From Anaeromyxobacter sp. (GTDB lineage: Bacteria; Myxococcota; Myxococcia; Myxococcales; Anaeromyxobacteraceae): a stretch of DNA of 64,000 bases. The stretch spans positions 128,001 to 192,000 of the forward strand of contig JASGJN010000007.1 of the NCBI GenBank assembly GCA_049840735.1, written 5' to 3'. Under the pieces are notes generated by a model, which was given only the letters and a program-made list of their open reading frames with translations, did no database searches and had not been told where the DNA came from. Position numbers and translations under genes: made by a program. Position 1 is the first letter of the stretch. Each line of letters begins with the position of its first letter. Positions 50,377 to 61,317 of the stretch are shown one piece after another.

Positions 50377-50397
50377 GGCGCAGCGGCACCGCCGCCC

Positions 50398-51456
50398 TCA
50401 CGGACTCGCCTCCACCCCCGCCGTCCACCCGCCCAGCGTCGCCGCGTACCAGGGCGCCGTCTCCGCCAGCCCCTGCTCCACGCCGTGCGTCGGCACGTAC
50501 CCCAAGAGCGCCCGCGCCCGCCCCACGTCCGCCAGCGAGTGCCGCACGTCCCCCGCGCGAAACGGCCCTCTCCGCGGCTCTGCCCCCGCCGCGTCCGGCC
50601 TGAACCGGGCCACCTGGTCGCGGATGAGCTGGAAGAGCCGCAGCAGCGTCGTCTGCCCTCCCGCCCCGATGTTAAGCACCTGCCCCACCGCGCCGGCCTC
50701 CGCCGTCGTCGCCGCCAGCAGGTTGGCCTGCACCACGTTCGCCACGTAGCAGAAGTCGCGCGTCGTCTGCCCATCCCCATGCAGCGGCACCGGCTCCCCG
50801 CGCAGCAGGCCGGCGAACCAGCGCGGCATCACCGCCGCGTAGGCGCTCTGCGGATCCTGGCGCGGGCCGAACACGTTGAAGTAGCGCAGCCCGATGGGCT
50901 CCAGCCCGTAGCAGCGCGCGTACGCGGCCGCGTAGAGCTCGTCGCACCGCTTGGACGCCGCGTAGGGCGAGAGCGGCGAGCCCAGCGTCTCCTCCATCCT
51001 CGGCAACCCTGGCGCATCCCCGTAGACCGCGCTGGAGCTGGCGTAGATCACCCGCCGGACGCCGGCGGCGCGGGCCGTCTCCAGCACCTGCAGGAACCCG
51101 GTGACGTTCACGCCGTGGGTGGCGAGCGGGTTCTCGATCGAGCGCGGCACCGATCCCAGCGCCGCCTGGTGCAGCACCACCCGCGCCCCCGCCGCCGCGG
51201 CGGCGCAGGCCTCCGGGTCCCGCACGTCGCCGCGGATGAAGGTGAGCCGCTCGACGGCGCCCGGCCCGGCTGCGTCCCGGGCGGCCGCCAGGTTCTCCAG
51301 CTTGCCGGTGGAGAGGTCGTCCAGCACCGTCACCACCTGCCCGTGGCGGAGCAGCACCTCCACCAGGTGCGAGCCGATGAAGCCGCAGCCGCCGGTGACC
51401 CACCACCGGCGAGGCGCGGCCTGGAGCGCCTCCAGGGCGCGGGCGTAGGGGCTCAT
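50398..51456 (-). CDS. UDP-N-acetylglucosamine 4-epimerase (WbpP/TviC-like)
   Basis: TGGCGFIGS, HQAALGSVPRS, YAASK, RYFNVFGPRQDP, RDFCYV. Confidence 0.88.
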   Translation of the reverse strand: MSPYARALEALQAAPRRWWVTGGCGFIGSHLVEVLLRHGQVVTVLDDLSTGKLENLAAARDAAGPGAVERLTFIRGDVRDPEACAAAAAGARVVLHQAALGSVPRSIENPLATHGVNVTGFLQVLETARAAGVRRVIYASSSAVYGDAPGLPRMEETLGSPLSPYAASKRCDELYAAAYARCYGLEPIGLRYFNVFGPRQDPQSAYAAVMPRWFAGLLRGEPVPLHGDGQTTRDFCYVANVVQANLLAATTAEAGAVGQVLNIGAGGQTTLLRLFQLIRDQVARFRPDAAGAEPRRGPFRAGDVRHSLADVGRARALLGYVPTHGVEQGLAETAPWYAATLGGWTAGVEASP

Positions 51457-52569
51457 GGCGGGTTCCGGATGGCGCGGTCGACCAGGTCGTAGGTCTGCCA
51501 GACGGTCTGGACGGTGGGGAGGATTCTGGCGGATGACGCGGTCCCAGCGGGTCAGGCCGTAGGTGGAGACGAAGACCACGTCGCGGGGGCGGAGCGGGAA
51601 CTGGCTTGCCAGCAGCAGCGCGTCGGGGGACGAGGCGTCGAGCCGGTAGATGGAGGGCGCCTGGTAGTCGCCCCGGATCACGAAGATGTGGGCCACGTCG
51701 GAGGCCAGCGGGTCGAAGCCGCCGGTGGGGGCGTCGATGAGCGCCTCGGCCAGCGTCATCCGCCCGCGCGTCATGAGGCGGGACTGCGGCTGCTTCACCT
51801 CGCCCAGCACGAAGACCTTGTTGCGGCTCCGGTCAGGGACGTGCACCACGTCGCCGTCCTGCAGCAGCCAGTTCTGCGTCTGGTCGCCGCCCTCGTAGAG
51901 CGACTGCAGGTCCAGGGAGAAGACCTGCCCGCGCCGCGAGAGCGTGACGCGGGCGAAGTCGGCCTCGGGGGTGAAGCCCTTGGACGCGGCCAGCGCGTCC
52001 TGGACCCGCATCGGCACGTCGGTGATGGCGATGGTCGACGGCGCCGTCACCTCGCCGGTGACCTGCACCCGCTTGCCGCGGAAGGCGGCCACCTTGACGT
52101 CCACCTGCGGGTTGGGGACCACGCGGGTGAGCCGCTCGGTGATCATGCGGCGCACCTCGCTGACGGTCTTCCCCGCCACCTCCAGCGTGCCGACGTACGG
52201 GTAGAAGACCGAGCCGTCGGCGTCCACCGCGTTGCCGTTCTCCTCCGGCGAGCGGAACTGGCCGGTGGGCGCGGTCAGCTCGGGGTGGTCCCAGACGATC
52301 ACCTGCAGCACGTCGTAGGGGGCGATGGTGTAGCGGTAGGTCCGGGCCACGCTCATCAGCGGGTCCTCCAGCCGCTGCTGTGGCGGCAGCGCGGCCTCCT
52401 CCGCCAGCTTGCGGATCACCCCGGCGTCGATGGTCCGGACGTCCAGGTGCCGGTTGCCGGTGGTGTCCCGGGCCCGCGACATGGCCTGGCCGGCGTCCAT
52501 CTGCATGCCGGGCGCGAGGAAGCAGCCGGAGGTGAGCAGCGAGGCGGCGGCGAGCAGGGCGCGTCTCAC
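51453..52569 (-). CDS. wza: Outer-membrane polysaccharide export lipoprotein (frameshift near 51524)
   Basis: Lipobox LTSGC, VWDHPEL, FYPYVG, and the corrected C-terminal helix WDRVIRQILPT. Confidence 0.9.
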
Positions 52570-53033
52570 GGGGCGGGCCTCCTCCAGAAGGCGGCCTGGA
52601 AGTCGTCCAGGCCGCGCTCGATGAGCGCCAGCGCCTGCTCGAAGGCGGGGCGCTCGTGGTGGAAGGGGTCGGGGACGTCGAAGCCGCCGAAGCGGCCCAG
52701 GCGGTGGACGCGGCCGCGGGCCTCCGGGGCCAGGTCCAGCACGCCGCGCTCGTGGCGGGCCTCCATCACCAGCACCAGCTCGGCCCAGGAAGCCAGCGCC
52801 GGCGTGAGCTGGCGGGCGCGGTGGCCGGCCAGGTCCAGGCCGCGCTCCAGCAGGAGCGCGCGGGCCAGGGGGTGGACCGGCCGCCCCACCAGCGCCGCCA
52901 GCCCGGCCGACCCCACCTCGGCGCGGAAGCCCGCCCCGGCCAGCCGGCGCGCCAGCAGCGCCTCGGCCATCGGGCTCCGGCACACGTTGCCGACGCAGAC
53001 GATGAGGACCCGGCGGAACACGAGGGGCGTCAC
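52566..53033 (-). CDS. wzb: Low-molecular-weight protein tyrosine phosphatase
   Basis: CVGNVCRSPMAE and DVPDPF. Confidence 0.92.
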   Translation of the reverse strand: MTPLVFRRVLIVCVGNVCRSPMAEALLARRLAGAGFRAEVGSAGLAALVGRPVHPLARALLLERGLDLAGHRARQLTPALASWAELVLVMEARHERGVLDLAPEARGRVHRLGRFGGFDVPDPFHHERPAFEQALALIERGLDDFQAAFWRRPAP

Positions 53034-55276
53034 TCCGATCGCGTGGAGCGGTACTCGTAGTGGTAGTGGCCGGCGTAGCGGCCGTAGCGGCCCCGGCGGC
53101 GGACGTCGTTCAGGACCAGGCCGTGGACCCGCGCGCCGTTCTGCGTCAGCCGGCGCACCGCCGCCTCCACCTCGCGCGCCGGGTGGCGCCCGGCGCGGAG
53201 CACCAGCAGGCTCACCCCGGCGGCGCGCGCCACCAGCGCCGGGTCGGTGACGGCCAGCACCGGCGGCGTGTCCACCACCACCAGGTCGTAGCGGACCGAC
53301 AGCTCGGCCAGGAGCAGCCGGAAGCGGTCCCCGGCCAAGAGCTCCGCCGGGTTGGGCGGGACGCGGCCGGTGGGGAGCAGGTCGAGCCGGGGCACGCCGG
53401 TGGGCCGGATGGCCTCGTCGGCGGTGAGCTCGCCGGCCAGCACCTCGGAGAGGCCGGGGCTCCGGTCGCGCTGGAAGTACCGGTGCAGCCGGCCGCGGCG
53501 CATGTCGCCGTCCACCAGCACCACCCGCCGGTCCCCCGCCGCCAGCACCAGGGCCAGGTTGGCGGCCACGAAGGACTTGCCCTGCTCCGGCGCCGGCCCG
53601 GTCACCGAGATGACCGGGCCGCTGGCGTCCACCAGGGCGAACTGCAGGCTGGTGCGCAGCGAGCGCAGGCTCTCCACCGCCGGGTCCCCCGGATTGTCGA
53701 CCGCCAGGAGCCCCAGCCCGCGCCGCGCGTGGCGCGCCAGCACCTCCTGCCGGCCGCTGTGGGGCACGCTGGCGAAGACCGGCACGCCGGTCACCCGCTC
53801 CAGCTCGTCGGGATCCTCGGCCGAGTCGTCCAGCGCGTCCCGGGCGAAGGCGGCGGCCACTCCGCTCCCCAGCCCCAGCAGCAGCGCCAGCCCCAGCACC
53901 GGCAGCGTGCGGGGCGAGGTCGGATCGACCGGCGGCACCGCCTTGTCGATGATCCGGACGTTTCCCACGGTGCCCGACTTGACCACCCGCAGCTCCTGCA
54001 CGCGGTTGAGGACCAGCACGTACATCTCGCTGGCCACCTTGACGTCGCGCGCCAGGCGGGCCGACTCCAGCTCGGTCTCCGGCAGGTTGCGCATCTGGGC
54101 CGCGATGGCGCCCTGCTGGCTCCGCAGCTTCTGGGCCTTCTCGTCCAGCGCCGCCATGGCCGGGTGGGCGCTGGTGTACTTGCGCGAGAGCTCGGAGCGC
54201 TGCAGCTCGATGTCCTGGAGGTCCTTCTCCACGGCCACCTGCCGGTCCAGCATGCGCTGCGTCTGGCTGGAGAGGTCCACCGTGCCCTTCTGCTGCTGGT
54301 GCCCCTTCATCTCGGCCTCGGCGGCCGAGAGCCGCTCCTTGAGATCGGGCAGCTGCGTCTCCAGGAAGGCCAGGGTCTTGGCGGCCTCTGCCGAGCGCCG
54401 CTCGACGTTGCTGCGGACGTAGGCGGCGGCCAGCGCGTCCAGCACCTGCGCCACCCGGACCGGGTCGCGGCCGGTCAGCTCGACCTGCAGGATGCCGGTC
54501 TTCTGCCCGCGCTCGGTCACCACCAGCCGCTGCTGCAGCTCCTCCACCACGGCGGAGGCACGGCGGCGCACCACCTCGAAGGCCGTGCCGCGCCGGGCCG
54601 AGAGCTCCGAGACGAACCCCTCCGCCAGCGGGGGATCTCCACCCGACGTGAACGGCTGGCCCACCTGGGCGTGGGCCACCAGCACGCCCGACGGCCCCAG
54701 CAGCCGGAAGGCGCCGCCCTGGCCCACCTCCAGCCGCAGCGGCACGTCGATCAGCTCGTCGGAGAGGTCGAGCCGCTGCACGCGGACGGCCTCGCCGCCC
54801 CAGCCCCAGGGCGCGACGCCGGGGAAGGGCGGCTCGGCCAGGCCGCCGGCGGCGTGGTGCCGGGCCATGGCGTCGCCGACGAGCGGCAGCCGCACCGGCC
54901 GCGCCTCGACCTCCAGCCCCAGCTGCTGCACCACCGCCTCCAGGAGCGTGCGCGAGGTCAGGATCTCCTTCTCGGCGTCGGAGGGAGGCGGCTCGCCCAG
55001 CGCCGCCGAGAGCTCGTCCAGGCGCGTCAGGCTGCGGGTGGGCGCCTCCACCTGGATCACGGTGTTCGCGGCGTACTCCGGCGCCTTCACGTACAGGTAG
55101 GCGGCGCCGCCCGCGAGCCCCAGCGCGGCGCAGCAGGCCACCCAGAGCCAGGATCCCTGGACCACGCGCACCCACTCGCGCAGCGGCGACGGCTCGGCCA
55201 CCGGCGGCGGCGGCACGATGCGCGGCGGCTCTGCGCCGCGGCCGCCGGGGATGGGGCGCAGGTCCTCCGGCCTCAC
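53030..55276 (-). CDS. wzc: Polysaccharide co-polymerase / tyrosine autokinase
   Basis: Two TM helices, ESLRSLRT, Walker A GPAPEQGKS, VDTPP, and a Tyr-rich tail. Confidence 0.92.
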   Translation of the reverse strand: MRPEDLRPIPGGRGAEPPRIVPPPPVAEPSPLREWVRVVQGSWLWVACCAALGLAGGAAYLYVKAPEYAANTVIQVEAPTRSLTRLDELSAALGEPPPSDAEKEILTSRTLLEAVVQQLGLEVEARPVRLPLVGDAMARHHAAGGLAEPPFPGVAPWGWGGEAVRVQRLDLSDELIDVPLRLEVGQGGAFRLLGPSGVLVAHAQVGQPFTSGGDPPLAEGFVSELSARRGTAFEVVRRRASAVVEELQQRLVVTERGQKTGILQVELTGRDPVRVAQVLDALAAAYVRSNVERRSAEAAKTLAFLETQLPDLKERLSAAEAEMKGHQQQKGTVDLSSQTQRMLDRQVAVEKDLQDIELQRSELSRKYTSAHPAMAALDEKAQKLRSQQGAIAAQMRNLPETELESARLARDVKVASEMYVLVLNRVQELRVVKSGTVGNVRIIDKAVPPVDPTSPRTLPVLGLALLLGLGSGVAAAFARDALDDSAEDPDELERVTGVPVFASVPHSGRQEVLARHARRGLGLLAVDNPGDPAVESLRSLRTSLQFALVDASGPVISVTGPAPEQGKSFVAANLALVLAAGDRRVVLVDGDMRRGRLHRYFQRDRSPGLSEVLAGELTADEAIRPTGVPRLDLLPTGRVPPNPAELLAGDRFRLLLAELSVRYDLVVVDTPPVLAVTDPALVARAAGVSLLVLRAGRHPAREVEAAVRRLTQNGARVHGLVLNDVRRRGRYGRYAGHYHYEYRSTRSE

Positions 55277-57229
55277 GGCGATCCCCCGCGCGACGGATTG
55301 GCCTGCAGCGCGGCGCGGGAGGCGGCGTGGAGCCGCCAGGCGGGCAGCCGCGGCTCGGGCGCCGGATGGCGCAGCCGGCTGCTCGGCACCAGCGCCTCCA
55401 GCCGCTCGATCAGCCCATCGGTGTCGGCGGCCCGGGCCAGGCGGCGCAGGTCGCGCAGCGCCCCCTGGAAGCCCGGCGGCGGCTCCGTGCCGCTGGAGAT
55501 GACCCGGATCCGATCGCGCACCGCCACCGAGGCCTCCTCCTCCTCGGTGAGCAGCTCCTCGCGGAGCTTCTCGCCAGGGCGCAGGCCGGTGAAGACGATG
55601 GGGATCTCCTCGCCCGGGACGCGGCCGGCCAGCGTGATCAGGTGCTGTGCCAGCTCGAGGATGCGGATGGGCTCGCCCATGTCCAGGACGTACAGCCCGG
55701 CCTCGCAGCGCAGCCCGGCCACCAGCACCAGCCCCACCGCCTCGGGGATGGTCATGAAGTAGCGAGTACACTCGGGGTGCGTGATGGTCACGGGGCCGCC
55801 CTGCTCGATCTGCCGCTTGAAGATGGGCACGACGCTCCCGGCCGAGCCCAGCACGTTCCCGAACCGGACCGCGGTCATGCGGGTGGACGAGCGGCCAGCC
55901 AGGTCCCTCACCACCAGCTCGGCCACCCGCTTGGTCGCGCCCATCACCGAGCTGGGCTTGACCGCCTTGTCGGTCGAGATGAGGACGAAGCGCTCCGCGC
56001 CGCAGCACATGGCCATGCGCGCCACGTTGCGCGTGCCGAAGACGTTGTTCTTCACCGCCTCCTCGGGCGCGTCCTCCATGAGCGGGACGTGCTTGTGCGC
56101 CGCCGCGTGGAAGACCAGGTCAGGGTGGTAGCGCTCGCCCAGCCGCAGCAGCCGGCGCGCCTCCCGCACGTCCGCCACCTCGGCGTGCACCCGCAGGTCG
56201 GGGTGCCGCTCGGAGAGCTCGCGGGCGCCCAGGTAGAGCGAGTTCTCGTTCATGTCCACCAGCACCAGCTCCTGGACGCCGTGGCCCGCCAGCTGCCGCG
56301 CGATCTCCCGAGCCGATGGAGCCGCCCGCGCCGGTGATGAGCGCGCGCCGCCCGGCCACCCGGCCGCTGATCTCCTCCGCGTCGAAGGCCACCGCCGGGC
56401 GCGGCAGCAGGTCCTCCGCGGAGAGGTCGTGCAGCATCGAGGCGGCCACGCGGCGGTCCAGCTCCAGGGTGGAGGCGGGGATGATCTTGAAGCGGACCCG
56501 TGCCGTGGCGCAGAGCCCCAGGAGCTCGCGCACGCGGGCCGCCGGCAGGCCGGCGATGGCCACCAGCACCACCGAGACGCCGTGCACCGCCACCAGCCGC
56601 GGCAGGTCGGGGAGGACCCCCAGCACCGGGCGCCCCACCAGCCAGGTGCCCAGCTTGCGGCGATCGTCGTCCACGAACCCCACCAGGTGGTACCGGCTGG
56701 AGGGGCTGCGGCGGAGGTCCCTGGCCAGCAGCTCGCCGGAGGCGCCCGCCCCCACGATCAGCGTGCGCTCGGCGCCACACTGGACGCGCGTCCGCTCGCC
56801 CTGCCAGTCGAGCAGCAGGCCCGGCCCGAAGCGCAGCGCGGCCACCAGCGCGGTGGTGACCAGGAACTCCAGCGGGTAGATGGACCGCGGCACCGGGATG
56901 CCGAGCGCCGCGCAGGCCACCACGAAGGCCGCGCTGGCCAGCGCCTGCGCGGCGAGCAGGCGCACGGCCTCGGGGCGGCCGGGGCGGCGGAAGGACCAGC
57001 GGTGCAACCCGGCCTGGAGCAGGGCCGCCATCCGCAGCAGGACGATGACCGGCAGGGTGGCCTTGGCGTGGCGGATCCAGGCGTCGGGGATCTGGCCGTC
57101 GAAGCGGAAGGACCAGGCCACCATGGCGCCGACCGCGGTGGCCAGGGCGTCGTGGCCGGCCAGCAGGGCAGGGCGGAGCCCGGGGTCGAGCAGCCAGCCC
57201 GGGGTGCGGAGGCGGGCGATCGCGGTCAT
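55273..57229 (-). CDS. Membrane-bound UDP-GlcNAc 4,6-dehydratase, PglF/WbpM/CapD family (frameshift near 56310)
   Basis: N-terminal TM helices, GAGASG, TGAGGSIGS, HAAAHKHVP, STDKAV, RFGNVLGS, GEKL.EEL. Confidence 0.9.
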
Positions 57230-58404
57230 GGGCTCGACCTCCCCGGCGGCGGCGCCGGCCCGCGCGCGCGCCGGGGGCGGGCGCCGGCGGCGCTGCGCAC
57301 GGCGTCGATCACCAGCTCCTGGGCCTCCAGGGCCAGGCTGCTGGAGCTGGGGAGGCAGAGCCCGCGCTCGAACAGCGCCGCCGAGACCTCGCCGCCGTAG
57401 CGGTCGCAGTCGGCGTGGAGCGGCTGCAGGTGCATGGGCTTCCAGAGCGGCCGGGCCTCCACGTCCACCGCCTCCAGCGCGGCCAGCAGCTGGTCGCGGG
57501 TCACGCCGGCCTGGTCCGGCTCGACCAGGAAGCAGGAGAGCCAGCGGGTGGAGCGGCCCCAGGGCGGCTCGGGCATGGGCGTGAGGCCCGGGAGGTCGGC
57601 CAGGCCGGCCCGGTACCGCTCGAACACGGCGCGGCGCTGGGCCACGCGCAGATTGAGGACCTCCAGCTGCCCGCGGCCGATGGCGGCCAGCACGTTCGAG
57701 AGGCGGTAGTTGTAGCCCAGCTCGGTGTGGTGGTACGCGGGGCCCGGATCGCGCGCCTGGGTGGACCAGAAGCGCGCGTGCTCGGCCTCCGGCTGCGTGG
57801 CGGTGACGAGCGCCCCGCCGCCGCTGGTGGTCACCAGCTTGTTGCCGTTGAAGGAGAGGGCGGCCAGCGCCCCGAGCGCGCCGGCCGGCCGGCCGCGGTA
57901 GGTGGCCCCCAGCGCCTCGGCCGCGTCCTCCAGCACCGGCACGCCGTGGCGCGCGCAGGCGGCCAGGATGGGCGCCATGTCGGCGCACTGGCCGTACAGG
58001 TGCACCACCACCACGGCGCGGGGCGGGCGGCCGTGACGGGCGCGATCCTCCAGCGCCTCCTCCAGCAGCGCCGGGCTCATCATCCAGCTGGCGGGCTCGG
58101 AGTCGATGAAGACCGGGCGCGCGCCCAGGTAGCGGATGGGGTTCACGCTCGCCACGAAGGTGAAGTCGGAGACCAGCACCTCGTCCCCGGGCCCCACGCC
58201 CAGCAGCCGAAGCCCCAGGTGCATGGCGGCGGTGCCGCTGGCGAGCGCCACCGCCGGCCGGCCCTCCAGCCGCGCCGAGAGCCCCGCCTCGAAGGCCTGC
58301 AGGTGCGGCCCCACCGTGGAGAGCCAGTTGGACTCGAAGGCGTCGCACACGTAGGCCAGCTCGCGGCCGCCCATGTGGGGAACGGAGAGGTGGATGCGTG
58401 GCAT
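57226..58404 (-). CDS. DegT/DnrJ/EryC1 sugar aminotransferase (PglE/EpsN-like)
   Basis: SGTAAMH, EDAAEALG, SFNGNK, RPLWKPMH. Confidence 0.9.
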   Translation of the reverse strand: MPRIHLSVPHMGGRELAYVCDAFESNWLSTVGPHLQAFEAGLSARLEGRPAVALASGTAAMHLGLRLLGVGPGDEVLVSDFTFVASVNPIRYLGARPVFIDSEPASWMMSPALLEEALEDRARHGRPPRAVVVVHLYGQCADMAPILAACARHGVPVLEDAAEALGATYRGRPAGALGALAALSFNGNKLVTTSGGGALVTATQPEAEHARFWSTQARDPGPAYHHTELGYNYRLSNVLAAIGRGQLEVLNLRVAQRRAVFERYRAGLADLPGLTPMPEPPWGRSTRWLSCFLVEPDQAGVTRDQLLAALEAVDVEARPLWKPMHLQPLHADCDRYGGEVSAALFERGLCLPSSSSLALEAQELVIDAVRSAAGARPRRARGPAPPPGRSSP

Positions 58405-58419
58405 CGGGACGCTCCTCGG

Positions 58420-59498
58420 TCACGCGTGGTAGGCGGGGAAGAACCCGGCGCGCGGGGTCCAGTGGCCGCCGTCGCGCCGGACCGCGTCCGCCCGCACGTC
58501 GCAGAGCTCGCGGTAGGCCCGCTCGTCGTGGACCAGCCGCGCCAGCCGGAAGGGCGCCTCGCGCGAGGGGGCGAAGCCGCCCTTGTAGCGGAGCAGGCCG
58601 TCGCCGCGCTCGTGCGAGCCGCCCAGCACGTACTGGCGCTTGCCGTGCTCGATGCCCCAGGTCACCACCCGGTGCTTGAGCAGGTAGTTGGGGCCGAGGT
58701 TGAAGGCCTCGGAGAGCGTCCCGCCCAGGAAGGCGTACAGGCGCCGCGCCGAGACCAGGACCAGCTCGGTGGAGACCACCCGGCCGCCGCTGACGGCGTG
58801 AAAGAAGGCGAGGTGCCCGGGCAGCCGCTGCACCAGGCGGTCGAAGAGCGCCCGTCCCAGGAAGTACCAGTCCGAGGCGTCCCGCCGGCGCATGGTGTGG
58901 AGGTAGACCGAGAGGAAGTCGTCCAGCCGCCGCCCCTCCGATCGACCTCCACCTCCACCGCGTTCCGCTCCGCCAGCCGCACCCAGCGCCGGACCCGCTT
59001 GTCGTAGGCGTGCCAGATGGCGTCCGGCCCCTCCTCCAGCGGCACGATCACGTTGGGCCCGTGCTCGTCCACCTGGAACGCCGGCGGGAGCGGGGCCAGC
59101 TGCTCCTGGAAGAGCGACAGCCGCACGAAGGTGGAGACCAGCCGCGCGTCGCGGGCCCACCCGCCGAAGGCTTCCCAGAAGCCCCCCAGCTCCTCCGCCG
59201 GCGGAGCGTCTTCACCCCAGGTGTAGGGGCCGCCGTAGCCGTAGGGGGAGGTGGCGTCCCAGCGCGCCTCGCCGTTGCGCGCCCACGCCTCCGCCGCCAG
59301 CGGGCGCAGCACCAGCGGGAGGAGCACGGTGCGCCCGGGCGCCGTGCCCAGCGCCGCCACCGCCCGGTCCTCCGGGCGGGCGAAGGCCGCCACGTACTCG
59401 GGGTGGGCCATCACCTCCCGATCCGGCCAGGCCTGCCAGCAGGCGAGCCAGGCGGCGCGGTCTTGGTCACGGGAGGCGTCGAGCAGCTGGAAGCGCAT
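58420..59498 (-). CDS. GNAT/FemAB-like acyltransferase (frameshift near 58940)
   Basis: DATSPYGYGGP, Y..TM.R..A..WY, LGG..DGL..YK.GF, FFPAY. Confidence 0.75.
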
Positions 59499-59505
59499 GG
59501 GATCC

Positions 59506-60441
59506 TCACCTGGCCGGGACGGGGTCGGCGCTGCGGGTGCGGTGGGCGCCGGCCAGCACGTGGGCGGCGAGATCGAGCGCCCCGCTGGCGGGGCGGAGGC
59601 GCGCCGCCGTCGCCGCCGCCGCCGCGGAGAGGCGGGTGGCCAGCAGCGGGGAGAGCAGCGGGTGGAAGCGCAGCCCCACGTCGAACGGGACCAGCGAGAA
59701 GCCCAGCTCGCGCTTGTAGAGGTCGAGGCGATCCCCGCTCCGGAGCGACGGGAAGCCGGCCTCGGCCAGCTGCAGGCCGGGGTCGGCGCCGGCGCGCTGC
59801 AGCGCCCAGCAGTCGAGGGCCAGGGGCACGTTGCGCCGGAGCGCCTCGTCCCGCGCGTTCTTGTAGAGCAGGTGCAGCCAGCGCCCCTCGCGCAGGGTGA
59901 GCAGGTAGGCCTCGAGCCGGCCGTCCACGAACCCGCCCAGCGCCGACACCTCCGGGCAGCGCCGCACCGCCGCCACGAAGCGGCGCCAGCCGGCCGGGTC
60001 GCCGAACTCGGGATCGAAGCGGCCGTGGCGGGCCATGGTCTCGAGGTTCAGCTCCAGCCCCAGCGCCTCGAGCTCGTCCGGCGCCAGCTCGCGGCAGGCG
60101 GTGGTCTCGAGCCCGCGGCGCGCCCGGCGGCGGCGCTCCGCCTGCAGCCGGTCCAGCCCGAAGCCGGGCAGCCACAGGGCGTAGAGCCCGCCGGGCCAGC
60201 CCGGCTGCGTGAGGGTCGGGTACCGGACCGCCCAGGCGCGCTCGCGCCGCAGCGCGGCCGCCACCGCGGCCGGATCCAGGTCCACCCGGCGCTGCCAGGG
60301 GAGGCTGATGTGGAAGGGGCCCCGGTACTCGGCGAAGGCCACCCCGCAGACCTCGAAGACCCGCTTGCCGCGCGCCTCCGCGAAGCGCGCGGCCGCGCGG
60401 CCGGGGTCGTCCCCGGCGGCGAGATCGACGAGCGGCCGCAT
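59506..60441 (-). CDS. Hypothetical protein, probable degenerate GNAT/FemAB fold
   Basis: R..ARRGL, GGFVDGRLEAY, LDLYKRELGF. Confidence 0.55.
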   Translation of the reverse strand: MRPLVDLAAGDDPGRAAARFAEARGKRVFEVCGVAFAEYRGPFHISLPWQRRVDLDPAAVAAALRRERAWAVRYPTLTQPGWPGGLYALWLPGFGLDRLQAERRRRARRGLETTACRELAPDELEALGLELNLETMARHGRFDPEFGDPAGWRRFVAAVRRCPEVSALGGFVDGRLEAYLLTLREGRWLHLLYKNARDEALRRNVPLALDCWALQRAGADPGLQLAEAGFPSLRSGDRLDLYKRELGFSLVPFDVGLRFHPLLSPLLATRLSAAAAATAARLRPASGALDLAAHVLAGAHRTRSADPVPAR

Positions 60442-61103
60442 CACGCCTGGCCCCGCGGGCCGGCGCCGGCCTGGTGGCGCGCGCGCAGGTGCTCGACCGG
60501 GAAGCCGAGCTGTGGGCCGTCCTCGGTCGAGCGGGCGTCGGAGCGGCGGATGACCTGCCACGCCGTGCGGAGCAGGATGCGCAGGTCCAGCCCCAGGCTC
60601 CAGTGGTCGACGTACCAGGTGTCCAGCGCCAGCCGCGCGCGGAACGGGAGGGTGTTGCGTCCGTGGACGGCCGCCCAGCCGGTCAGCCCGGGGCGCAGGT
60701 CGTGGCGGCGCGCCTCGTCGGGCGTGTAGAGGTCGAGGTACTCGGTGAGCAGCGGGCGCGGCCCCACCAGGCTCATGTCCCCGCGCAGCACGTTCCAGAG
60801 CTCGGGCAGCTCGTCCAGGCTGGTGGTCCGCAGGAAGCGGCCGAAGGGCGTGAGGCGCTGCTCCATGGTCTCGAACCACGCCTCGCCCGCCTGCGCCTGC
60901 CGCATGGTGCGGAACTTCAGGATGGTGAACGGCCGCCCGCCCCGCCCCGGCCGGACCTGGCGGAAGAGGATGGGCCGGCCGCTGGCGACGGCCACGCCCG
61001 CCGCCACGGCGGCCAGCACCGGCAGGAGGACCACCAGCCCGGCGGCGGCCCCGGCGACGTCAACGGCGCGCTTCACTGCCAGCGAGAACGGCGCATGCGG
61101 CAT
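60441..61103 (-). CDS. Monotopic phosphoglycosyl transferase (PglC-like initiating sugar transferase)
   Basis: KRAVD, KFRTM, SLDELP, GDMSLVGPRP, RPGLTGWA, D.WYV. Confidence 0.9.
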   Translation of the reverse strand: MPHAPFSLAVKRAVDVAGAAAGLVVLLPVLAAVAAGVAVASGRPILFRQVRPGRGGRPFTILKFRTMRQAQAGEAWFETMEQRLTPFGRFLRTTSLDELPELWNVLRGDMSLVGPRPLLTEYLDLYTPDEARRHDLRPGLTGWAAVHGRNTLPFRARLALDTWYVDHWSLGLDLRILLRTAWQVIRRSDARSTEDGPQLGFPVEHLRARHQAGAGPRGQA

Positions 61104-61317
61104 CTGGGCCTCCTGGATGGGAAGTGGGAGCGGCGGCCGGGATCGAGCGGGGCGCGTGAACCTAGGGAGTGCACCGCGACGAGCGACATCCCCACGGCGG
61201 GGAGACCTGGGAGCGCGGCGGCGCCCGGGGAGCGCACGGGCTGGCAGGGCCAGGCGGCGCGGCGGAGGTGCCGTGGCGCTGCAGCGGCCACATGTTGCCG
61301 GCTCGGAGGAGGGGACG

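Noticed and set aside
50398..51020. Strong G-skew on the coding strand at the 3' end of the epimerase gene
   Set aside because: The protein stays a normal epimerase and no boundary repeats or mobile-element features are visible. It is probably local compositional bias near a convergent junction.
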